Assembly (NCBI GenBank): GCA_964016885.1 | Contig: OZ024741.1 | Span: 189,100,001 to 189,164,000, forward strand | Reading direction: 5' to 3' | Source: Eledone cirrhosa | Lineage: Eukaryota | DNA: 64,000 nucleotides | Part shown: positions 39,798 through 49,379 of the stretch, piece after piece | Position numbering within the stretch: the first letter of the stretch is position 1 | Layout of the letters: every line of letters starts with the position of its first letter | The notes under the pieces: model-generated | The model's database searches: none | What the model saw: the letters and a program-made list of their open reading frames with translations, nothing else | What the model was told of the DNA's origin: nothing | Position numbers and translations under genes: made by a program

Positions 39798-40209
39798 AGG
39801 TGAAGCCACGCTTCAGTTTTTTTTCAACAGTTTTTTGCAACAGTATTCATTGATTTCAACTGTTCCTAAGCTTTTATTCAAGTTTTAAACTTGATAAGAG
39901 TTTAGAAGAAGTGACCCACCAAATGCAGGGGTTTCACTCATAAATAATATGGCACCCCTTTATGGGGTGTTGTATTATGTAAAATTTACTTTAAACAAAA
40001 TTTTGTTCAAACATGGATAACACAAAAAAGAGAGAGAGCACTGTCAGACAACACAGAGAGGGGGAGACTTTGTCAATATGTCAACAAGACAGCGTTCTAG
40101 TGAAGGTGAATACAAAAGAAAATGTTACGAAAGAAAAGAGAAACAATATCCTTTTTAATAATATTGTTTCAGATTTAAAAATACCAAATAGTACTAATAC
40201 AAACAACAC

Positions 40210-41260
40210 CAACAACGTGGGGCGATGGATGGAAGGGCCGGTTAAATTGCTCGGGGTCTGGTTCGGTCCGGACCTCCAGATGGAGAAAAACTGGAGCGAG
40301 GTGATGAACAGGGTGGCCTCTCTCACCCAGAAATGGGCCGAGAGGAAGCTGTCCCTGAAAGGTCGGGCAGAGATGGCGAATGCGTTCATCGCATCCGTCA
40401 TCTGCTACCGTTTAACCGTTGTGCCTTGCCCCGGCCCAACTCTGACAAAAATGGAGCGCCTCCGGGGCCTATAGATAACTTTCAGAAATCCCTGGCCTGA
40501 TAGTGCTACCGGGGAACGTTGCCAGTTTGGGATAAGCTCTACAGGCACGGCGGTGCTGTCAGCCAAGCCTATCCGAGATGCGCACAGGGGCGATGAAACT
40601 GTCCTGCATGCACTCATTCAGTGCCCAAGGATTGTTGACTTGTGGAGCTATGTCGAACAGTTGCTGGCGCAGGTAGGACGGATCCAGTTATCGACTGAGT
40701 CCATTGTGCAGATAGCCCTGCCAACCTCCTTTAATGAGGAGGAAGTGCTGGCAGTTTTCATCTGCCTGGTGGCCATGGCGAAAGAGATTGTGTGGTGGAC
40801 AAGGTTGAAAGGGTTGGAGATGGACACTTTCCTCTCCGGCCAATCCCTGATTAACTTTTTCAAGTTTCACTTGAAGAGGAAAATCAGGGTGGAGAGGCAA
40901 GTGCTGCCTTCTAGTAAGTTTGTTGAAAGGTGGGTGAAAGTGGCGAGTCTGGTCCGAGTGAACGGGCCCGCTCTGAGTATGCGCCTATAGACTGAGGAGT
41001 GGGAAAACTGAGAGAGGGCGCTTGCCCTGGTGGTCAGGGTGGCCGAGGTCTTTTGTGTGGTTTTCACCACGAGTGACCCTCGGAGGCTTCCCTCTTTTTG
41101 GAGAATTTTTGTTGTTTGAATTTTTTTATTTGTTTATACACATTTCTGTCTTGTTATAACCTTTTTACACGGCCAAAACCCACTTTGTATCGTCCTGCAC
41201 CGTTCTGTGCTGTCTGTAATGTTTTTCTTCATGTTAGCCCTTGTGGCCAATAAAGAAAGC
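40210..41260 (+). mobile_element. 3' fragment of an L1/Tx1-like LINE with an internal deletion
   Basis: VKLLGVWFG...KWAERKLSLKGRA, then CCHC-type ETVLHALIQC. 3' UTR with aataaa ending in (ATT)n. Confidence 0.75.
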
Positions 41261-41271
41261 ATTATTATTAT

Positions 41272-41705
41272 TTTGCCTTTCATCCTTACGGGGTCGATAA
41301 AATAAAGTACCAGTAATGCACTGGGTATTTGCTGGCCTTGTGCCTAAATTAGAAACAATTATTATTATTATTACTATTATTATTATTACTATGAGTTCAA
41401 ATCCCGCCGAGGTTAACTTTGCCTTTCATCCTTACGGGGTCGATAAAATAAAGTACCAGTAATACACTGACCTAATTGCTGGCCTTGTGCCAAAAAGTAG
41501 AAACAATTATTACTATTATTGTGGATTGGCAGTATCAGTAGAGGGTCGGACACCATGCTTTGACGCATAGAGTTACGCCCCTTGCCATTCTGAGTTCAAA
41601 TGCCGCCAAGGTTAACTTTGCCTTTCATCCTTATGGGGTCGATAAAATAAAGTACCAGTAATGTACTGGGTAATTGCTGGCCTTGTGCCAAAAGTAGAAA
41701 CAATT
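41272..41705 (+). mobile_element. Cluster of three family A SINEs (two 5'-truncated) in (ATT)n
   Basis: gcctttcatccttacggggtcgataaaataaagtaccagt (or near-identical) three times. Confidence 0.88.
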
Positions 41706-41779
41706 ATTATTATTATTATTATTGTTGTTGTTGTTGTTGTTATTGGCCTTCTGCCTAAATCTAAAAACATTATTAGTCA

Positions 41780-42690
41780 GGCACTCACAGCGCTCGACCA
41801 ACCGGGCGCTGTGTGATTGGTGGAAACTCCACCTTGGCGTTCTATAGAGGGTTAGTGGAGGGAAAGAGCAATGACAACCTTCGAGAGACTCTGGACATTA
41901 ATGAAAACCAACTGCCCAATTTCTTCAGGAGATCTTTCGGGCCAGGGCCCATCGACAACTTCCAGAAATCCCTGGCCTGGCAGTGCTACTGAGGAGCTTT
42001 GCCAGTTCAGGATAAACTCTTCAAGTATGGAAGTGCCATCGATCGGACCTGTCTGAGGTGCGTGCAGTGTGACGAAATGGTTTTGCATGCACTCATTGAG
42101 TGTCCGAGTATTCCTGACTTGTGGGACCATGTCGGGCACTTGCTGTCATGTGTAGGACGGATCTGACTATGAACTGAGTCTATTCTGAAGATCGCCCCTC
42201 CGTCCTCCTTTAGAGGAGAAGGACAGGCAGTTTTTATCTGCCTGGGGGCCATGGCGAAAGAGGCTGTCTGGTGAACGCATTTGAAAGTGTTGAAGACAGC
42301 CATTTTCCTTTTTTGTGAAGCCCTGATTAACTTTTCAGATTTCACTTGAAGAGAGAAATCAACCAGTTTGTTGAAAGGTGGGTGACAGTGGCGAGCATGG
42401 TCCGAGTGAATGGGCCTGCCTTGAGTATACACCTGTAGATTGGAGTAGAGGGACTGGGAGAGGGTACTTTGCCCTAGCAGACAGGGTGACCGTGGCTTTT
42501 GTGGGATTTCTACACGAGTGACCCTTAGAGTCTCTCTCACCTTTGGAGAAGTTATGTTTGTTTTAAATATTTATTTTCTTAGTCTCTTTTATAAATTTTA
42601 TTTTACACAAAGAAAAACCCCACACTGTATCGTCCTGTATCGTCTTTAATGTTTCCTTAATGTGAGCCCTGTGTGGCTAATAAAGAAATT
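41780..42690 (+). mobile_element. Second, more decayed L1/Tx1-like 3' fragment
   Basis: Collinear with 40470-41260 (cagaaatccctggcct, catgcactcatt, ggtccgagtgaa, aataaagaa). Confidence 0.72.
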
Positions 42691-42707
42691 ATTATTATTA
42701 TTATTAT

Positions 42708-43635
42708 TCATAATGCTTTTGTTCTGGCAGATGTTATATAGACATTATACCAAAAGAGGGAGCTATAGCCAGTGGCTAAAGGTCCTTTGAGTCATTCCTT
42801 TTCCTTCAACTTTCCAATACTCTTCTTAGAATTCTTGCTCTTCCTAGCAAGGCTGTTTTCTACAACAATTCTGTCCTGGTGGTAATTCCTAACTTCTCAA
42901 CCCATGCCTCCAACCTTCTACTAACTGCTCCCACAGTACCACCCACAACCAGTACCACTACTATGTGTTGAATTCTCCACAGTTTCCTGATTTCTCTCAT
43001 CAGCTCCTGATATTTCTCAACTTTCCCACTTTCCTTCTCATTCACCCTGTGGTCCCATGGTGAAGCAATATCCATAATAAATGCCTTGTTATTCTTCTTT
43101 TCTATGACAACAATGCCAGGTTTTCTAGCCATGATAAAATGGTTGCACTGGATGGTCATGTCCCACAAAATCTTATACTGTTCATTTTCAGGCAACCTTT
43201 CCAGTTGGTGTTTATACCATTTCTCACTTCTGCTCATGTCATACTTATGTAATAATGTGGTTTATTGTCTCACCTTTCTCACCACACAGCCTACAATGTG
43301 GGGAATTCACTGACTTGTCAATATTGGACTTGATAAAGTTTGTTCCCAGTACCTGTTCCTGGGCTGCAAAAATAAGGGTCTCGGTTTCAAGTTTTAAGTG
43401 ACTTTTCCTAGTCCATTCTCAGTTCTTATCTTTGTCAACTGTCTCGGGCATTTCACGTATGAATTCACGATACATTTTTTCTTCCATCTATTCTCCCTTT
43501 TTCTTTGCTTCTTCACTGTTTAGGACCTTTATCATTCTTACTCCTGCCATCAATCTCCCCTTTGAATTCTTTACATACCATGCCAGATTATTTTCCTCCA
43601 TCTTCACATACATTTCACAGCTAATGAAACCTTGA
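42708..43635 (-). mobile_element. R4/Dong-like LINE 3' fragment (RLE endonuclease)
   Basis: KILWDMTIQCNH..ARKPGIVVIEK..FIMDIASPWD..EKE..KVEKYQEL..EIRKLW. 3' end runs into (TAA)n. Confidence 0.8.
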
Positions 43636-44109
43636 AATGTGTGTGAAGTCGCAGTGGTTTGGCAGAAGTGTTAGAGCATTGTATAAAATATTTTGCAGCA
43701 TTTAATTATGGCTCTTTATGTTCTGAGGTCAAATCCAGTCACCGTCAACTTTGCTTTCATCTGCCTAGGGTCAATAAAATAAAGTGCCAGTCAAATGCTG
43801 GGGTTCATGTAATCCATTTTCCCCTCCTCACCAATTGCTGGCTTTGTGCTTAAATCAGAAATCAGTATTATTATTGTTTATATTATTATTATAAGGGCAG
43901 TGGATTGGCAGTATTAGTAGTGTGTTGAAGAAAATGGTATTTAGTTACGACTTTCTACAATCTAAGTTCAAATCCTGCCATGATTAACTTTGCTTTTCAA
44001 CCTTCCAAGCTCAATAAAATAAAGTATCAGACAAGTACTGGAGTTGATTAATTAACTTGACTCTTCTCTCAAATTTGCTGACCTTGTGCTCAACTTAGAA
44101 ATCAATTAT

Positions 44110-46650
44110 TATTATTATTTCTATTATTTTCCTCAGTATTTCATTGTTCCTCCGCCGGTTTTTGGATTGCTAGTTATCAAGCTGCATAACACCATTTGTA
44201 TGTGCCAAGCAAACAAGCTTTCTGTAGATTCAGGAAATTCACCTCTATATCCAAAATTTTCAATCAACCATTTAAACCTCTAGCCACTTGGCTAGAGGTT
44301 TGAATTGGATTTGATAATGATTTTGTGGCAATTCCAGATTCTTTGTATTTCATATTTTAGGTCTTGATATTTTCGTTTTCTTGTCTTCTTTGTCTCCCAC
44401 TCTCGTATCAAATGGGCTAATCACATCAATTACTCTTTATTGAATATAACAATATCTGGGGATGAATGCTCCATTTGCCTATCCATCATGTCCCATAATA
44501 CTTTTACATAGTTCCTTTCAAGCACAGATTCAGGTTTGTAGTCATCCTTTTTTGCACAAACCTTTTACATATTCACCAATGTAAGATTGTGGAAACCTTT
44601 TCATGTCTTCAGTTCTTATAATGATTTTGAGCCAGCATCTTACATTCAGACATCATATTCACAACCATTTCTTCTCCTTCGCCACACATACTACATGCAG
44701 TTGAGATATCTTCTTTATCTACAGAGTACGGACGATATTTGTTCGCAAGATTACTGTCTAGGAAAAAATAACACAGTAGTTTTATTTTTTAAGATATATT
44801 TATCAAACTTGGGTCAGTTTGTCTTCATGACTTGTTCTTTCGATCTCATTCAATAAACCCGCCATTGGCTTTGATGACGGCCTCAAGGCGGCTTCGGAAC
44901 CTGCTACAGGCCTTCGTCACTGTCCCCCGACTTAGGCCCCTAAAGGCACTTGTGATCCTGGCCTTCAGATCGTCTATCGTATTGCAGCTAGATCTGTTGG
45001 TGTCTCGTTCCACTGCGTCCGACACAAAGAAGTCGAGGGGGTTGCAGTCAGGCGAGCTGGGAGGCCAGATGTCAGGTGAAGTGTGGTCGACGAAGGCTTG
45101 GGTCTTTCGGCTGGTATGGCAGGGCGCTGAGTCTTGCTGCCACATGTACGGCCTACCTGCAGCTACCTGGTTGATCCAGGGATTTACTACCTCACTCAGA
45201 ACGCGGATGTAGCTATCGGTGTTCAGCTTGAGGCCCTCAGGCAAGAAGTGAGGTGGCATGACGTCACCTTCACTGCTGACGACACCTAAGACCAATGTTG
45301 TCGCTGGAAATTTTGTCTGCATGACTCTGGGCACATCTTTGGATGAGACAGCGAGCCACCTGTTGTTCTGGGAGTTGATCTTCTAGTCTTGGCAGAAGAT
45401 TTTCTCGTCGGAGAAAAACCACAGCATGTGTGGCTCCAGTGGGTGTTTCAACTTGTTGATCAGCTTCTTTGCGTGCTTCAGTCACTTTTCTTGCATCGCC
45501 TTTGACAGAAATAGTCCTTTCCTCATCTTCTATGAAACGTAGCGAATATCTTCATGTACCACCAGCCTAATGAGCTTTTCATCCATGCCTTTCTCCCTTG
45601 CAATGGCACGCATCGACTTGCTAGGTTCATTGTTGATGATATCCTGAACTTCAGCGACGAACTCGGGCGTTCTGAAGGCTTCAGATCATCGATCATGTGT
45701 TTTCCTCTCTGATGTTGCTTCGTACTCGAATCCTGAATCTTCCAATTCCTTTCTGACCTTTTCCACCATTCTCCTGCTGACGCTGAGAAAGTCTGAAATT
45801 TCCTTATTTGTCCTCCCGGCGTGGATTCCAAGAACTCTGTGTCTCTTCCACAAATTTGGAGGTTCAAAATTATTCATAATCAATTATTCTGAAAATAAAT
45901 AATGGAAATATAGTCACTGTTTTTATGAAGACAAGAGTGACAACGGAAGTAAAAAAAATTTGCATAAAATTAGCAGTTGAAAATTGCGAACAAATATCGT
46001 CCACACCCTGTATATCCTTTTTAATATATCTTGTTCTGATTGCCTGATCTTGCATAGTTAAGATTAAACCCCGAATCTCTCTTTTTCAACCTCACTCCAA
46101 TAACTGTTGGAATGACTTCTTTTGATGCCCTCTAGTATCTTGGAAAAATCTCTTCTGTAAGCTTTTCTGCTCACATTTCTTGCTTTATATTTTTTAGAAT
46201 TTCACTTTTATCTCTTCTTTTGTATAGTATCTCCTTTTCTTGCTATCAGGAGCACCTCTTCACTATCAGCAGCATACTTCACCAGGCCCTCTACCTATAT
46301 CCTCACACAGTATTCTATGCTTATCAGCCCTTGTCCTCTCTCTTTTTGATGAAATACAGCCTGTTGACACCTGTTTGTGGGTGTAAGGCTCTATATATTG
46401 TCATCATCTCCCTTGTTTTTTTCTCTAACTTCTCATGTTCTCCCTTTTTCTATTTTATTATTCCAGTATTATATCTGATGATGGGTACTGCTTCTTAAGT
46501 TTTTGGTTCTGATAGCATTTATGTACTGTTAGGTGGGAAGGAGGAGTGAAACTTGATAATGTCAGGGAAGATATCTTGTTCGATATGTCAAAGAGAAGTT
46601 GGCTGAAGTTCTATAAGGACATCAACCTGCGTGCTAAACTCTTTGCTATA
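44110..46650 (-). mobile_element. Second decayed R4-like LINE, split by the mariner-type insertion
   Basis: QDQAIRTRYIKKDI (46055-46013) continues after the transposon as DKEDISTACSMCGE...SECKMLAQNHYK (zinc-knuckle region). 3' end in (TAA)n. Confidence 0.65.
44722..46010 (-). mobile_element. Full-length Tc1/mariner DNA transposon, DD37D (maT)-like, with a pseudogenised transposase
   Basis: 27-bp TIRs CAGAGTACGGACGATATTTGTTCGCAA / CAGGGTGTGGACGATATTTGTTCGCAA, TA on both sides. Motifs WFFSDEK, WQQDSAPCH, WPPSSPDCNPLD. Stops and frameshifts present. Confidence 0.92.
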
Positions 46651-46668
46651 GTTATTAATTCTGACCTA

Positions 46669-46855
46669 GGGCGGTGGATTGGCAGTATCGGTAGAGGGTC
46701 GGACGCCATGCTTTCCAGCATAGTTATGTCCCTTTACGATCTGAGTTCAAATCCCGCCGAGGTTGACTTTGCCTTTCATCCTTACGGGGTCGATAAAATA
46801 AAGTACCAGTAATGCACTGGGTAATTGCTGGCCTTGTGCCTAAAGTAGAAACAAT
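46669..46855 (+). mobile_element. SINE family A, full length, with target-site duplication
   Basis: ttaattctgaccta is repeated on both sides (~46655 and ~46856). Confidence 0.88.
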
Positions 46856-47190
46856 TAATTCTGACCTATACATAGCCTTTACAAGACACTCATCTACTCC
46901 AAGTTTTCTCAGAACTCACCAGATAATGGAACAGGGGATTCTGTCAAAAGCTTTCTTCAGATCAACAAATGCCAAGTAGAGGTTTTTTTTTTATTTCTCG
47001 CCCTAGCACAGCTGATATATAAATGTAAGTATGAATACGGACACACATATACACACACATACACACATATATATATATGCACACATATGCTAGCATGGAA
47101 GATAGACGCTAAACGATGATGATGATGATAATGATGAAATATATGCATATACATATGTATGTATGGGTTATATCGAATACTAATAATAAT

Positions 47191-47373
47191 TGTTTCTACT
47201 TTTGGCTCAAGGCCAGCAATTAATCCAGTGTATTACTGGTACTTTATTTTATTGACCCTGTAAGGATGAAAGGCAAAGCTAACCTCGACGGGGTTTTAAC
47301 TCAGATCATAAAGGACCGTAACTCTATGTTGCAAAGCATGTCATCCGACCCTCTACCGATTCTGCCAATTCAC
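47191..47373 (-). mobile_element. SINE family A with 17-bp target-site duplication
   Basis: cgaatactaataataat at 47174-47190 and 47374-47390. Confidence 0.88.
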
Positions 47374-47569
47374 CGAATACTAATAATAATATTCAATATA
47401 TATGTGTGTACGTATGCATAGTTACATTTATGTATCAGCTGTGCTAGGGCGAGAAATAAAATTCTAATTTTATTTTTGGTTTTCAGCACGGTCAGCCGTA
47501 ACTCGCGCCGTATGCAAATGAGGCTACTCAGCCGATGTGTACTTAAGAAAATACTACATATTTTCAACC

Positions 47570-47656
47570 GTTCAACAGATTGGCAAAGGTATATAGTCCT
47601 GATGAAGGGTAATGACCCAGAAACATGCTGATTGTTCCTCAATGCCAGTGTTGAAC
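47570..47656 (+). ncRNA. Hammerhead-like motif, octamer-spacer family, with C at position 16.1
   Basis: GTTCAACA..TGGCA..ATAGTC CTGATGA A-GGGT aatg ACCC-A GAAA CATG C T | GATTGT..TGCCA.TGTTGAAC. Same 87-nt span as 48400-48486. Confidence 0.68.
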
Positions 47657-47785
47657 AAATGGTCGACAATTTGTCATCAGCATGGCACAGCCTTAATTGG
47701 GCCGTATATTTACAAATAAATCGAATATTATTAATAATATTCGATATAACCCATACGTACATATGTATATATATATATATGATAC

Positions 47786-47824
<39 letters not shown>

Positions 47825-47827
47825 TGT

Positions 47828-47879
<52 letters not shown>

Positions 47880-48005
47880 ACATATATATATATAAATGGA
47901 ATAGAATGAAACGAAATTTCATTTCTCACTCTTAGTACGGCACTTACTTAAATGTAAGTATGTATGTATACGTACATACATATATGTATACAGACGTACA
48001 GTAGC

Positions 48006-48080
<75 letters not shown>

Positions 48081-48220
48081 TATACATACAGGCACACATA
48101 TATATATATGTACGTATCAGTTTACCGAACATTTATTATAATGTTCGCTTTGTCCGTTTGTAAACAAACAGACAGCCTGATTTACGCCGTACAGTGTTCA
48201 GGCAACCACGTCACCTTTTT

Positions 48221-48307
48221 GTTCAACAATGACACAGGAACGATGTACTAGTTTCAAGCTTGTTAGCTATCGTCAGCACCGTATACCTTTCTGCCAGATG
48301 GTTGAAC
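48221..48307 (-). ncRNA. Minimal type I hammerhead ribozyme motif
   Basis: Reverse complement of 48400-48486; core intact. Confidence 0.8.
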
Positions 48308-48399
48308 ATTTCGGTGCGCCTGGCCGACTGAACTCACTCGATATGCAAATTAGGCTGCTCAGCCATTAATTTTCATAAGGAAAGTATATACTTTCGAAC

Positions 48400-48486
48400 G
48401 TTCAACCATCTGGCAGAAGGGTATACGGTGCTGACGATAGCTAACAAGCTTGAAACTAGTACATCGTTCCTGTGTCAGTGTTGAAC
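48400..48486 (+). ncRNA. Minimal type I hammerhead ribozyme motif
   Basis: ACGGTG CTGACGA(48431-48437) T-AGCT aaca AGCT-T GAAA(48452-48455) CTAG TA | CATCGT. Palindromic stem III ACTAGT, GUA triplet, distal stem I CTGGCA/TGTCAG and GTTCAAC/GTTGAAC. Confidence 0.82.
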
Positions 48487-48624
48487 AAAAAGGTGACGTG
48501 GTTGCCTGAACACTGTACGGCGTAAATCAGGCTGTCCGTTTGTTTACAAACGAACAAAGCGAACATTATAATAAATGTTCGGTAAACTGATACGTACATA
48601 TATATATGTGTGCCTGTATGTATA

Positions 48625-48661
<37 letters not shown>

Positions 48662-49379
48662 GCTACTGTACGTCTGTATACATATATGTATGTACATATA
48701 CATACATACTTATATATATATATATATATAGTTAAATACGAGGATCTTACTTAAACCTAACCTTCTCGCTAACCCAACCTTAATTCTGTCATATTTTTCA
48801 AAACAAAACAAAAATCCTTCTTCTCTTATATATTCTTTTAAATATATTTGTTATTATTTCGAGGATCGTATTTAAACTCTTAATTCCCGATCCTTAATAT
48901 CTTCTCCCCCTCCCCTACTTCATGAGTGTTTGCGGTCAGCCACCCCACTCTACATCATGCGGCCAAACTCCCCCCCCCCTTCTCTCTCTCTCTATCTATA
49001 TATATGAGATAAACCCCACAAGTAATCACATTCGTCAAATTCGTGGCTGTTTTCCTTCACGGTATAATGTAATGTACACATTTTTCTTGCATTTCTACAA
49101 TCCACTCAATTCCATAGTCCATCCAATCCGACAATTCTATAGCCTTTTCTATTCCCCTATTCCAATCCTTGCTTCACTACTCGCTATTCTATCCTATTTC
49201 CAAAACAAATCCTCCTGTATTTTGTCGTATTTTCCAAAACAAATCTTGTATTTTTGTTATTGCTTGTTAAATACGAGGTTTTTGTCGTATTTTACAAAAC
49301 AAATCTTGTATTTTTGTTATCGCTTGTTAAATACGAGGATCTTACTTAAACCTAACCTTCTCGCTAACAACTCAACACC

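Larger units (their letters stand above)
47955..48712. mobile_element. Complete fold-back element: inverted arms 47955-48307 and 48400-48712, 92-bp spacer containing ATGCAAAT
   Basis: Arms are near-exact reverse complements apart from (TA)n length and a few substitutions. Confidence 0.85.
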
